A DNA stretch of 64,000 nucleotides, taken from the NCBI RefSeq assembly GCF_009914755.1, contig NC_060928.1; one strand, 5' to 3'. Position numbers and translations under genes: made by a program. Within the stretch, counting starts at the first letter, position 1; every line of letters begins with the position of its first letter. Of the stretch, positions 43,419 through 58,519 are shown one piece after another. Origin of the DNA: the human T2T-CHM13v2.0 reference genome, Homo sapiens. The notes below the pieces were generated by a model, which saw only the letters and a program-made list of their open reading frames with translations, was not told the origin of the DNA and made no database searches.

Positions 43419-46400
43419 TTGTTCTAAGTGCTTTATGTGTATGAAATTATTTAAATCCTCATCACAAGTTTATGAAGTAGGTACTGTTATAATCCCCATT
43501 TTCTAGTTGACAAGACTGAGGTAAGGAATTGTTAAGGAAAAGTCAGAATTCCATCCAGATATTTGGCTCATACTTTAATCATGAGGCTAAACTGCTTCTC
43601 TCTACACGTATCTTCATAGTAACTTGTGTTTTAAGTCTGGTAGAAGCATAAGAAGTTTAAACACAGACAGAATCCTGTGGAAGTTAGTAAATTTCTAGTG
43701 AACGATAGAAATGATAGAAATCTCTTCTTCCCCCAAAGTCCCAAGAACAGATTAGTCTGCTTTTGACAAGTGTTATCAAAGTAGACTGTTCTCACATACA
43801 CGGGGGACTCAATAGGGCATTCCTGGTGGATATAATAAAATGAGTAAATGCGATAACAGGAGGAAATGCCTAGTGTGTTGCTCTTGGATTAGTTTTGATA
43901 CAACAAAGGCAGCTTTGTTGTGAGTCAGTAGAGAGGGTAGTGTAGAAAGGTGGAAGTTGGAAGAGTGGCAGATCCTAGAGGACTAATGATGGGCTTAAAC
44001 CACAAAAAGTGTCGCTTTGCCATTGAAATAAAAGTTTGGGGTCTTATTTTTTCAAGTTTCTCCCTGAAATTATTTCTTGACATTCATTAGCTCAGCAGTG
44101 TATCTAAATAAAGCTTTTTTGGGTTTCTATTATAGTAGAGGTTTGTTCCTTTTTCTTCCCTTTGAAAAGTATCATTTTTTGCACATTATTTGAAAATCCA
44201 GGTGTTATATGATATTCTTATTGCCAGAGGGACATTCTGCAGGCTCTTTGTAAAATGATTTTAGGATTCAGATACTTATTATATTTTTATTGGCCCTAAT
44301 ATTTTATCCAACTAGAAAATTAAACCTCTTCTTAAAAATTAATCCATCTAAGTGTCTGTAAATTAAAGGAACAACTAAAGATTCTTTATTTGGTGTCAGA
44401 AACTCCTTGTTTCTACAACAGTAGTATAAAACAAAGCCTGTTTTTAAATGTACTTTTCCCACAGTATCTGAATTTCAAATCTTCAATAAAATCTGGTTCA
44501 TATTACTACCTCTAGCTTGATTTTCTAAAAATAGCTGACACTTTAGTATGGTTAATTTTATGCCATCTCATGGCTTGTCAGAAATGCTTTGTATCAAGAT
44601 TTCCGAGTGTGAACAGATTTCCTGCCGCATTGATTAAGTTTGTAATTTTGGCTATTTTCCCAGCATCGAGGTTTCTGCTTTGCGTTTATGCAGGAGACTG
44701 GTAGTTTAAATTGAACTTTAAGGTTTTGTTTCTTGTTTTTAAGTTAACATATGTTTAATTTCTAGTTTCTTTGTAGCCCTTTGCAACTTTAATTAGGTCA
44801 TAAAATGGATTTACTCTAGTTTCTCTAACAAATTTTATAAATTTATGAAATATGAAATTTAGCAAATTTTATAAACCTTTTTATTCATGTATTGTACAGC
44901 TCATCATATTTGCAGACATAATAATTGAATGTGGAACTTGTTTCCAATTACACAGATGTCTTAATATCCACCTTATCATCTCTAACTAAGGATGTGGCTT
45001 TTTATTTTGAGGTGGCAACAGAACAGAAAAGAAAACAGTGAATTGAGTAATGGGCTTAGTATTGCTGCTGCCTGGTTGTGTATCTTTGGTAAACTTCTTT
45101 GAGATTTGGCATTAACTTGCAAGTCTTTGCAGTTTAGACAGTTAAATATGACTGAATGGCTGAACAAATTTTAATAGCGTATGCTTCTTTTTTGCTATTT
45201 ATTTACCCAGTAGACATTTAATTGACCACCTGCTAAATGTGAGGCACTATTCTTGCCATTACCTTTTTAATCTTTGATTTGGAGTCTGCTAACATTCTGG
45301 AACTTCCACTATCAACTTAGAACGTTTACTTTCCCATCCCTTACCAGGATGGCCATTTCTTATCAGTAGGGTCACAGAGAGAGAAAAAAAAAACCATCTG
45401 GGGCTAGACTTCCTGCTCTTGACATACAGAAGCAAATAGGTTGTGAAGGAATACATAGTATTTTGGATTTCTGCCTCTTCCTTCCATAATTTTTTTAAAA
45501 AGGTTCATATGTTTTATGTGTGTCTTATGTAACAGTAATCTGCATTATGAACTTAAATGACGAGGATCACCATTTCACATCTTTGGAGATTGATCACAGA
45601 GGTAATAAGTAACTCTTTTTAAATAACTATATGCATCATTTTTCATGTAAAACTATTATTTGGATAAACCCCTTTGAGAAAAGGCTTAGGCTCCTGCCAG
45701 TGTCACTGTGATATTTACTAATAAGCTCAGTTTAAGGCGCAGCAATTAAGGTTGTGTTGTTTTTTTTTTTTTTAAGTTCAGTTCAGCAAATATATGTGGA
45801 AAGCTTGTGGGTAAAATTATATTTGTATTTTTGGGAAAGCAGACAATTTTATTAATGCCTATATTTTTCTAGTTCAATGTTTGTCAAACTTCAAGTTTTA
45901 ACATGTTGATCATGAAACCAGTTGACTTGTGACCAGTATTTTAAAAGGAAAGATTAAAAAAACAAAATAAAATATCAGTATATACCAAGTAGTAAGAGTA
46001 AGCATTGTTTACTAAACTTTGGTTTTATTTAAGTACATATCTATATACTATGTCAGTGAGAAACATTTCTCCACTTCATGTTTGAAAAACATTTCAAAAG
46101 CTAAGAAAAAGTTTGAAAACCTGTTTGTAAGTACACCTGGGGTAAAGGTACACCCTGTGGCATAAGATGTCGGGAACAACTGAGGGTAAGAATGGGGATG
46201 CATTACTATCGTAAACTTCTGCTAAAGCATAAGGATGTGAGTGCTGGGAGCAAAGCAGTGCTCACCACTTCTGCAATTTTCTATTGCAGCATTTTAAATA
46301 ATATGGGAAAAAGTGGACTGCAACCAAAGGCAAAGAGGGATGGTGATGGTGAAGGGTAAGATTGTATTTATTGTCCAAAGGCTAAGTGCATATACATATG

Positions 46401-46509
46401 TGTTTGGGAGAAGGCATCACGTAATAGTTCTTAACCTACTCTGAGAGAAGGTTGTCCACATTTCTTAAAGTATACATGTAAACCAACAATGAAATTATTT
46501 TAGTGACTT

Positions 46510-46740
46510 GAGAATCAAAGTGCTAGAGTTTGAATCCCTGTTCTACTACTTGCTAGCGGTGTGACCTTGGGCCTGTTTAACTCTTGACACCTTGTTTTCC
46601 AAATTTATAAAGTGGAGATAATAATATCTGTCACATTGTGTTGTTGTGAGGATTATATGAACTAATATATGTAATGTCCTGAGAACAATGTCTGGTACAC
46701 ATTAAGTTAATTAAAATTAGCTGTTCTTACTGTTATTATT
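46510..46740 (+). mobile_element. MIR
   Basis: tttgaatccctgttctactacttgctagcggtgtgaccttggg. Confidence 0.75.
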
Positions 46741-47477
46741 AGACATGAGCTAGATAACAGTGGCCTCTACATGTGAAAGATTATTTTAATTCTGATGTAG
46801 TTCAGTTTATCTATTTTTTTTATTTTTGTCCCTTTTGCATTGATGTCATATCTAAAAAACCTGCCTAACTCAGGATCACAAAAATTTACTCCTGTATTTT
46901 ATAATTTTAGCTCTTTAGATCTAGGATCCATTTTTAGCTAATTTTTATATATGGTGTGAGGTAGGGGTACGGTTTCATTCTTTTGCACGTGAATAGCCAG
47001 TTGTCCCAGCATCATTTATTCAAAAGACTATTCTTTCCTCACTAGAAAAAATATTTCTTTAAAGAATAATGAATCCTTTTTTTTTTCTTTTTAACCGCTG
47101 TTACTCAGTTGGAAAAAGAATAATGAATAATTTTAAGTAATTTTCCTACAGGTAAATTTAAGTCTTTATGTTTAGATTACACATATTAGGAAATAATGGA
47201 TTTGTATTCCATAGGTATGCTTGATCTTTATAAAGTTCCCTGTCTCTGGAAAAACTAAAATAAGGCAAAACAATCTTCTTAGTAGAGTTATTTTTACAAG
47301 AAAGTTGCAAGCCAGTTTTAGTTCATCGATTGGATAATTTTTCCTGCTTGCTGGAGGTATTTCAGTATTGGTAATACCTGAACTATGAGATGCATGAATG
47401 ATGCATTTTAGGAATTTGTTTCTGTGTCCATACCAGGCATAATGAATTAAGTTATCTGTTAAAAATACAGGATTTTT

Positions 47478-48135
<658 letters not shown>

Positions 48136-48269
48136 GACATTTGTTTTTTTTTTTTTTTTTTTTGCTGTCTTTGTCATATTGTTAGTCTTTTGGTTAAGCG
48201 ATATTATAACTTAGTCATATGAGTAATATAATGCAACATGCTGAATTGTGTGTGTGAGAGGGGGTTGTT

Positions 48270-48415
48270 TTTTGTTTGTTATTTGTTTTTTAAATAGAGA
48301 TGAGATCTCACTGTGTTTCCCAGGCTCCCTTGAACTCCTGGGCTCAGATGATATAGCCTCCTGCCACAGCGTCCTGATTAGCTGGGACTACAGGTGTGCA
48401 CCACTACACGTGGCT
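48270..48415 (-). mobile_element. Alu monomer
   Basis: Single diverged arm. Confidence 0.7.
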
Positions 48416-49440
48416 TTCCTGATGAAATTTTAAATACCCAAATATTTGAGCAGAAATAATAGCTTGTGTTTATTGTTTTTCTACTATCTGTCAAGTATAG
48501 TATTAAATGTTTTACATAATTTGTCTCCAGTCCACATACAATACTCTAGTAGAAGTGGGTAACAAAACCAAGGTACTCAAAGAGGTTAATAAGTAACTTG
48601 CGCTGGATCACAGAACTAACGGGAGGCAGGGCTGGAATTTGACTCTAGGTCTTTCTGACCTCAAAGTGCAGTAAAGTCATGGAATTTCTCTACTAGGCCA
48701 CCTGGAAGAAAAGTGATCTTTTTTCCAGTCTTTTTTGTTACTGTTTTTCAGCCAGGAGATAGTAGAGTTAGGTAGTAGAATAGTAGTCACTGGCATCCGG
48801 TAGTCAGCCCTCCAAAAAAGTTTTTGATTTTTTTTTTTTTTTTTGTCTTAAACTTGGAAGCTACTAACTTTCAGGTCATACTTTCTTATCATCCAAGAGC
48901 TGGATATTTAGGTAGCAGAAACTATGGAATTATCCTAAGTCCTCTTGAAGCTTCAGCTGTTAAAATTAATTGGTTCTGATTAACACTGTGCTCAAGATTT
49001 ACATTTCTAGGAGCCACAGTTTGATTGGTCTAACTTGGATCTATGTGTTTTCTTTAGCTGGGGAGGAGAAGGTATCTTGATTGATACCTTCACCAGGACT
49101 GCATGCAGTGAGGGACAGAAGTTTCCTTAAAATAATTGGGTTCTGTTATAGGAAGAAGGGGAAGGAGATACCAAGTGGGCAAAACAATCAGGTTCTATTA
49201 CATAAATAATAAACCTAATGTGACGATAATAAATGGATAATATGATTATTTTAAGTTTGGAAATATACCTGGTTATTAGTATTGGATATCTGGTAGTGGG
49301 GTTGGAGAAAAAGTCGAGAATAAGAAAAGACTTAAAATCGTAAAAATTAACTGGAAAAGAGGATGGCTGAGCAGATACATATATGTTAGATAATGTTCAT
49401 AATGGCAAACCAACCTGAAGATTTGTTTAAATTGTAGTAT

Positions 49441-49600
49441 GTAGCCAGGTGTGGTGGTGCTTGCCTGCAGTCCCAACTACTTGGGAGGCTGAGGCAGGAT
49501 GATTGCTTGAGCCTAGGTTTGAGGCTACAGTGAGCTATGTTTCCACCACTGCTTTCCAGCCTAGGTGGCAGAGCAAGACCCCATCTCTAAAAAAATAAAG
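49441..49600 (+). mobile_element. Alu right monomer (FRAM-like)
   Basis: Single arm with an A-tail. Confidence 0.8.
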
Positions 49601-49977
49601 TAAAATGAATAAATTATAATATGTTATGACAAATATAGTTATCTGAAGTCACAGAAAATGTGCATGTGCATTTAATGATGTGAAATAATTTTTAGGAAGT
49701 ATGAATAAAAAAATCAACTTTTAAGTGTGGCTAGTATGATCTTACCTGTATCTCACTTATAGAAAATATAAAAGGCTGAAGCCAGTCACCAGTTTAATAG
49801 TTCTAACCTCTTGTTTACTTGATTCCCTTTTTTCTCCTCCCCAGCAATCCTCATATAGTTAGGTAAAGTTGGTTCTTCATCAGGCTTGTTGCAGAAACCC
49901 CTAAGCCTTTTTACTTAAAGCTTTTTGAAACCCAGAAACCCATCTTTTGAATTCAAAAGTTTTGACTGTTATTAGTC

Positions 49978-51719
49978 TTTTTGTATGTTTGTTGGCCGCA
50001 TAAATGTCTCCTTTTTATGAACAGAGAAGTGTCTGTTAATATACTTTGCCCACTTTTTGATGGGGTTGTTTGTTTTTTTCTTGTACATTTGTTTAAGTTC
50101 CTTGTAGATTCTGGATATTAGACCTATGTCAGATGGATAGATTGCAAAAGTTTTCTCCCATTCTGTAGGTTGCTTGTTCATTCTGATGATAGTTTCTTTT
50201 ACTGTGCAGAAGCTCTTTAGTTTAATTAGATCCTATTTGTCTGTTTTGGCTTTTGTCGCCATTGCTTTTGGTGTTTCAGTCATGAAGTCTTTGCCAGTGC
50301 CTATGTCCTGAATGGTATTGCCTAGGTTTTCATGGTTTTGGGTTTTACATTTAAGCCTCAAATCGATCTTGAGTTAATTTTTGTATAAGGTGTAAGGAAG
50401 GGGTCCAGTTCCAGTTTTCTGCATATGGATAGCCAGTTTTCCCAGCACCATTTATTAATATTAAATAGGGAATCCTTTCCCCATTACTTGTTTTTGTCAA
50501 GTTTGCTGAAGATCAGATGATTGTAGATGTGTGGTGTTATTTCTGAGGTCTTTGTTCTGTTCCGTTGGTCTGTATATGTGTTTTGGTACCAGTACTATGC
50601 TGTTTTGGTTACTGAGCCTTGTAGTATAGTTTGAAGTCAGGTAGTATGATGCCTCCAGCTTTGTTATTTTTGCTTAGGATTGTCTTGGCCATACGGGCTC
50701 TTTTTTGGTTCCATATGAAATTTAAAGTAGGTTTTTCTAATTTTGTGAGGAAAGTCAATGGTAGCTTGATGGGAATAGCGTTGAATCTATAAATTACTTC
50801 GGGCAGTATGGCCATTTTCATGATATTGATTCTTCCTATCCATGAGCATGGAATGTTTTTCCATTTGTTTGTGTCGTTTCTTATTTCCTTGGGCAGTGGT
50901 TTGTAGTTCTCCTTGAACAGGTCCTTCACGTCTCTTTTAAGTTGTACTCATCATCACTGATCATTAGAGAAATGAAAATCAAAACCACAATGAGATGTCA
51001 TCTCATGCCAGTCAAATGGTGATTATTATAAAAAGTCAAAAAAGAATAGATGTGGGTAAGGCTGTGGAGAAATAGGAATGCTTTTACACTGTTGGTGGGA
51101 GTGTAAATTAGTTCAACCATTGTGGAAGACAGTATGGCGATTCCTCAAGGATCTAGAACCAGAAATACCATTTGACCCAGCAGTCCCATTACTGGGTGTA
51201 TACCCAAAGGATTATAAATCATTCTGCTATAAAGACACATGCACACGTATGTTTATTATAGCACTATTTACAATAGCAAAGACTTGAAACCAACCCAAAA
51301 AGCCATCAATGGTAGACTGGATAAAGAAAATGTGGCACATATATACCATGGAATACTATGCAGCCATAAAAAAGAATGAGATCGTGTCCTTTGCAGGGAC
51401 ATGGATGAAGCTGGAAGCCATCATTCTCAGCAAACTAACACAGAAATAGAAAGCCAAACACTGCATGTTCTCACTTATAAGTGGGAGTTGAACAATGAGA
51501 GCACATGGACACAGGGAGGGGAACATCACACACCGAGGCCTGTTGGAGGGTGGGGGACAAGGGGAGGGAGAGCATTAGGACAAATACATAATGCATTTGG
51601 GGTTTAAAACCTAAACGATGGGTTGGTAAGTGCAGCAAACCACCATGGCACATGTGCACCTATGTAACAAACCTGCACATTCTGAACATGTATCCCAGAA
51701 CTTAAATTTAAAAAAAAAG
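49978..51719 (+). mobile_element. L1PA, 5'-truncated with a 5' inversion (49978-50946 inverted; 50947-51719 sense 3' end)
   Basis: ORF2 peptides on both strands ([12 protein letters not shown]..., MLLHCWWECKLVQPLWK...), G-rich 3' UTR and A-tail. Confidence 0.92.
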
Positions 51720-52030
51720 AATTTTTCTCCTCTGTGGGTTTCAGAAGCCTACATTTGAAACTGGGATACTGTAATATCGAATCGTGTTCTCCATGCTCTG
51801 CTGTGTATTTCTTTTCCTATGGCAATGGATGTCTCTGACTGAATTGGTGTGGGGAAGGTGTGTGGAGGGGTCAAGAAAATAGCATGGACTAAGGAACTTG
51901 CTTAGTCTTTCCTGGAGGTGTTCCACTACAGCTCTACTACTGTCTTCACAGGTAAGTGAGAACTGCATATGCTTTGAGAAATGGCTGATCCAAGGCAAAT
52001 CCTGTCATTTTAGGTTAATAAAATCTAACT

Positions 52031-52547
<517 letters not shown>

Positions 52548-52760
52548 TTGATATATTATTATAGGAAAAAAGAGGAGATGTACTTTATGTAGAAGAGAAC
52601 TTTAATTTATGCTGTGACGGTACCTAAAAGATACATCCTTTATTCATGCGTAAGATGAAATCGAGAGGTGAAATTGGATATACTGTTGCTTTTAAAAAAT
52701 TTTAACATATATGTAATTTTTTGTACTTATCTCATTTTAGCCTATATAAGTTATATATAT

Positions 52761-53068
52761 TTTGTTTGTTTGTTTGTTTGTTTTGTTTGAGATGGAGTCT
52801 TGCTCTGTCACCCAGGCTAGAGTGCAGTGGTGCAATCTCGGCTCACTGCAACCTTCGCCTCCTGCATTCAAGCGATTCTCCTGCCTCAGCCTCCTGAATA
52901 GCTGGGATTACAGGCACCTGCCACCGCGCCCAGCTAATTTTTTTTATTTTTAGTAGAGACAGGGTTTCACCATCTTGGCCAGGCTGGTCTTGAACTCCTG
53001 ATCTTGTGATCCACGTGCCTTAGCCTCCCAAAGTGCTGGGATTACAAGCGGGAGCCACCGCGCCCGGC
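52761..53068 (-). mobile_element. AluS with a (TTTG)n tail
   Basis: TSD taagttatat. Confidence 0.9.
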
Positions 53069-53789
53069 TGTAAGTTATATCTTACACAAATCTAGGTTTC
53101 ATTCAGAGAATTATATGCAAAGAAACAGTGCAATAGGATTATTTTAAAGCCATTGTTATTGTTAGAAAACATAATACCTTTAAAATTCCTTTTCACATTA
53201 GAAATATAGTGGCTTCTCCCCAGTTTAGGATAGAAATTTTCCTTTTCTTCTCCTTCTTTATACTATTCAGATTTGCATGTTTGGCAGAACAAATTATAAG
53301 AGAAAATATTTGAAATGTCACATACTAAAGTAAATGTTTGAATGTTTGAAAATTTTCTGGTTTTCAGAGATTTTGAATTGCTGAATCGTTGTGTAAATTA
53401 AGATGTTGAGTAGTTTCCACAGAGTAATTATTTGAAAGTCACTGAAAGCAAGACACATGCCTAATGTAAATGTTTATTGCACTACTGTACCTTTTTCTAC
53501 CTCATAAAAATGAGAATAGCAGTCTGTACTTTTCCACTTCGTCATTCGTAAGTCTTTGCAGAAATTCATATTTTGTTTGCTTATTATCTTCACGCTGTAA
53601 ATAGCTTGAAAATTCTTTAAGTGGGGCTAGCGATGTATTATGGATACATGTTAAGTGGTATAGAAATTTCACTTTTTTTTTTTTGCATAAAGAGTAACAA
53701 GACCAGTAGTCCATATTTCTTCAGCTCTACCCAGAGAAGGGCAATGTAGGAGGGAAAATGAAGTTTGCAAAATATTTCATAGTAGGCTT

Positions 53790-54425
53790 TTTCTTAAAGT
53801 AACTTCAGACTTACAGAAGTTTAAAAATAGTACAAAGAATCCCATATACCTGTCACCCCAATTCCTGAAATATTAATATTTTACCACATTTGTTCATTAT
53901 GTCTGTATTCTCCAAGTACGATATATGCCATTATATGTAATATGTAGCATTTTATATAGACATAGGGCATGTATGCACTATATATTTTTTTCTGAGCCAC
54001 ATAAAGAGTAAAACGCAGACATGACGTGCTTTTACTCCTAAATACTTCAGTGTGTGTATTCCCTCAAGAAAGGGCATTTTCTTCTGTATAGCTACCGTAC
54101 ACTTCTACACTTTTCAAAATCAGAACATTTACATTGATACCATACTATGACATGATCTGCAGACCATTTTCCAATATGCCAGTTGTCCCACTGTGTCCTT
54201 TAGTACAAAAGAAAAAAGTTTTTTTTCCTGGTCTAGGAGCTAATCCTGGAGCACATGTTACATCCTGTTGTTTTAATCTAGAACCGTTCCTCAGTTCTTT
54301 ATCTTTCATAACCTTGACATTTTTGGAGAGTACAATCCATATATTTTGCAGAATTTCCCTTAGTTTGGGTGTGTCTGGTTTTTCCTTATAAGATTCATTT
54401 TATGCATTTCTGGCCAGAGTACCAC
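53790..54425 (-). mobile_element. Old L1M 3' end
   Basis: cttcagacttacagaagt..aaaaatagtacaaagaa..cccatatacc; tactcctaaatacttcagtgtg. Confidence 0.7.
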
Positions 54426-54839
54426 AGAAGTACTGTATATCTTACCAGAAAGCCTAAGTGGCATTTGCATTTTCTAAATGATCAATTTTAATATTATATG
54501 GAAAGCAGAGTCAGAGATTCTCACATATGTCAAGATATTATAAGTATTCCTGTTATATTTATTCTCCAATTGCTTTTTCTCAAGAAAATGTGTGGCCTTT
54601 CAGCTAGCTTTTCAAAGTGGAAGTTACTACATAACATTAGGATGGGAGGGTGGGGAAGAGCTTTATTAAAGCTTTAAGATTGAGCTTTTGAGTATGTGTT
54701 GTATGTAAATGAAAGTGGGCATTGATGCAGGGATTGGGCCTTTAAACCTTTGGCCAAGATTGGTATCAATTATTATTATTATTATTTTTTGGAGTACTTC
54801 TGCTAAAACACTGAAATCAGTGTGCCACTCTCCTTTTAG

Positions 54840-55163
<324 letters not shown>

Positions 55164-56607
55164 TAAATGTAATAAATAGGGAGATAAGCAAGAACCCTGT
55201 TGGACCTGGTAGAAGCAAACATTTATTAGTACTATTACGTTGTTTAAAATATTAGCGCCTTCTATATTCATGTCCTCCCAGAATTATCAAAAAACCTACT
55301 CTATAGTTTATTTGGCTTATATCTCAGGAGTAATAAAATTAGTTAATAGTATTGGCATCGTGGTTCTTTGTGTATTCCTCCCTTATCCCACCCCAAGTTG
55401 ATTTCACATGATCTCTTGATCTAGTCTAAGAATGTTTATAGTGATTACGAGAAGTTCAGATTCTGGCTTTAACATATATAATTGTTTTTTAATCTGTAAA
55501 CCAAAGAGAATGAGTTTGTTTAAACTAGAAAGATGGCAAGAGTAGTCTGGGAATTTTGTTCCATTCCTTAAAAGTCCTATAATAAAATAAACATATCTTG
55601 TGTTTTATTTTTACAATTTTTTTAAACATTAGTACAGAGTGCCACTTCTTATATTCTATATCAAATAATGAGCTACATTTTCAATAATAACCTCTGAGTA
55701 ATTTTTGGCATTAAAATCTGCATTACAAAATAATTTGAGGATATAATTTATAATCACTTATGCTAAAATCACCTATTTGAAATTATGTATGAGGTTTTCA
55801 AAGTTTATAGTGCTTTGGAAAAAATTTAAATGTTTCTTTGTTTATGTATCTTTATTATAAGCTGTAGCATATATCATGTAGTTGTCAAGGATGCTGATAG
55901 ATACTTAATATTTAAAGGAGACTTGTCTAAAGTTAGCTGTCCAGGACTAGAATCTGGGCCTTTTGGTAACAGTTCATTGCTCTATTTACTTAAATGATGA
56001 TTGGATTCGTTAGAATTTCTCTATTTTCATAGCTGTCTCTATGGTTCTATGAAAATACTGTGTGTGTGCTTATACATATATGTATACCTGTAAGTACAAA
56101 GTAGAAAATGAAAGTTCATTTTCTGCTTTTGACAATTGTAATCCCCAGAGATAACCGTTATTAATATGTTGTCTCATGTTTGGTCATACTGTTTTCTCTG
56201 TATTCTGTGTATTACTGTATAAATTTTACACAGTAATTTGCATATTAAAAATGCTGGTCTACACCTGGCCCTTTTTTAAAAACTGCAATTTATTATGGCC
56301 AATTTTTTATACCAGTATATATTGATCAACCTTATTCTTTTTAACTGCTGCATTTCATTCATTACCAATAGATGAGACATTTCCATTGGTTTGAATTTTT
56401 CAGTATTACAGATAATGGTTCAATTAAATATTTAAGCTTTTGTGCACTTGTAGAATTAATTCCTAGACATAGAACCCTTATATTTTGATAGGTATTTCCA
56501 AATTTCTTCCCAAAATGTTTGTATCTCTTTACTTCCACTCTCAGGTCTAATAATTTTCACTTGGATTATCATATTTCTTACCCAGCCTGTTTTTTACACT
56601 CTAAACT

Positions 56608-56903
56608 CTTTTTCTTTTCTTTTTTTTTTGAGACAGCATCTTGCTCTTGGCCCGGTTGAAATGCAGTGGCACGACGACCAACCTGGGCTCAAGCAATTCT
56701 CTCAACTTAGCCTACTGAGTAGCTGGGACTACAGACACATATCACCATGCCCAGCATTTTTTTTTTTTTTTTTTTGTATTTTTAGTAGAGATGAGGTTTT
56801 GCCATGTTGCCCAAGCTGGTCTCAAATTCCTGAGCTCAAGCAATCCACCCATCTCAGCCTCCCAAAATGCTGGGATTACAAGCGTGAGCCACTGCACCTG
56901 GCC
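56608..56903 (-). mobile_element. AluJ
   Basis: Antisense Alu with a long middle T-tract. Confidence 0.85.
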
Positions 56904-57395
56904 CAAAAGCTCTTTTTCTAATAGCAATATAAATTGTCTTTTACAGACTATACTCATATATGTTTCTTCTTTCAGAAATAGGTGTTAAGTGTATCTAACA
57001 TGGAATGTATAGCTATAATTCTCATTGTGAAACCATAGCCTAATTTATTTCATATTACAATTTAAAATTCATATTTTTTAGGAAGTTTTCTTAGATTAAT
57101 CCGCCTAGTTCCAGGTGCTACAGTCCCAAGATTTCTTTCTTTTTAACAAATTAAATATAGGTAACATGACTAGAATTGTAGTCAAAGAATATTGGAACCT
57201 TGGAACTTCAGTATTTGAACTTTATTTTGAAATATAATTTGTTATATTATAAAAATATTATAATATATTGCACCTGGAAGTTAGGGGCAGTTTTTTTTAA
57301 TTCTCTTTGTATCTGCTACACTGTAAAGTGCTATTTATGTAAAAAATTCTTAATAGAAGTCTTCAGTTGTAAAGTCTGCTGTACAGACTTTAGAT

Positions 57396-57597
57396 CAGGG
57401 ATTGGCAAACTATGAGCCATGTGCCAAATCCTGCCCTTCACCTGTTTTGTAAATAAAGTTTTATCAGAACACATTCAGACTCATTCATGAACATATTGTC
57501 TATGATTTATTTTCTGCTACTATGGCAGAATTGAGTTGTTGCAACTGTGTGGCATCCAAAGCCTAAAATATTTACTCTCTGGCTCTTTGCCAACCCG
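57396..57597. mobile_element. MER58A-like hAT MITE
   Basis: Inverted ends cagggattggcaaac ... tttgccaaccc; 8-bp TSD (c/t)tttagat. Confidence 0.8.
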
Positions 57598-58519
57598 TTT
57601 TAGATTATGAGCACTTTGGCATTATTATGTTTTTGTTTTCTTTCTATAGCACACAGTAAGATGTTCTGCCCACATTGTGCATAATTTATGGGTTTATTCA
57701 AGGATTTATGCAAGTGTAGCTGCAAGAAAAAAACCTAGAAGTGAACTTGCTAGGTTGAAGAGCATCTGTGTATGTTAAATTTTGTTAGCTTTCGCCTTCC
57801 CAAAGGGATTATTCCATTTCATACTTAAACTACTAATTTTGTGATAGGACTTCTTTCTCCATAGCTTTGCTAAATTAATGCATTCACACACTTCATCTTT
57901 ACTAATCTGATAGAGGGAAATGATATTGTGGATTTGATTTGCATTTCTTTTTATGTGTTAGCTTGAGCTTATTTTCATATTTAAAAGCCAATTGTATTTC
58001 TTTTTCTTGAGCTATCTTTTAATGTCCTTCCTGATACATTTCTGAAGTCTGTGATACTCATATAAGATATATGGTGAACATGTGTCAAAGATTTATTTGA
58101 CTCTAATGAGGGAACCCGCCTGATGACAAGGCTGATTGAGAAGAGGATGTGTGAGATGAAGTGTATATCATCAGTGAAAGAAAGCAAATTCTTACAGGGC
58201 AAAAACAAAACCACAACTCTAAGGGTTATTGTTTCTACTGGACAGAATTCATTTGCATTTTACCAGATAAAAATTACTATTTTCAATTTATCTTTTACAA
58301 ATCATTTTCTAATTTTACAGAGTCTATTCCCTAATCAGTAGTAAATAGTCTTCAAAATTCTCCGCAGCGTCAGGTGACTATTATGAAGGCTAATTGTTGA
58401 CACTCGGGCTTGACTTTAAGAGAACATGCCATAATCTTTTGGCCTTACTTCCAAGTTTTGGATAATTTTTCTTAACACATTTTTCTCTAATTGCAATGAT
58501 TTCAAGTGATATTATTTCT

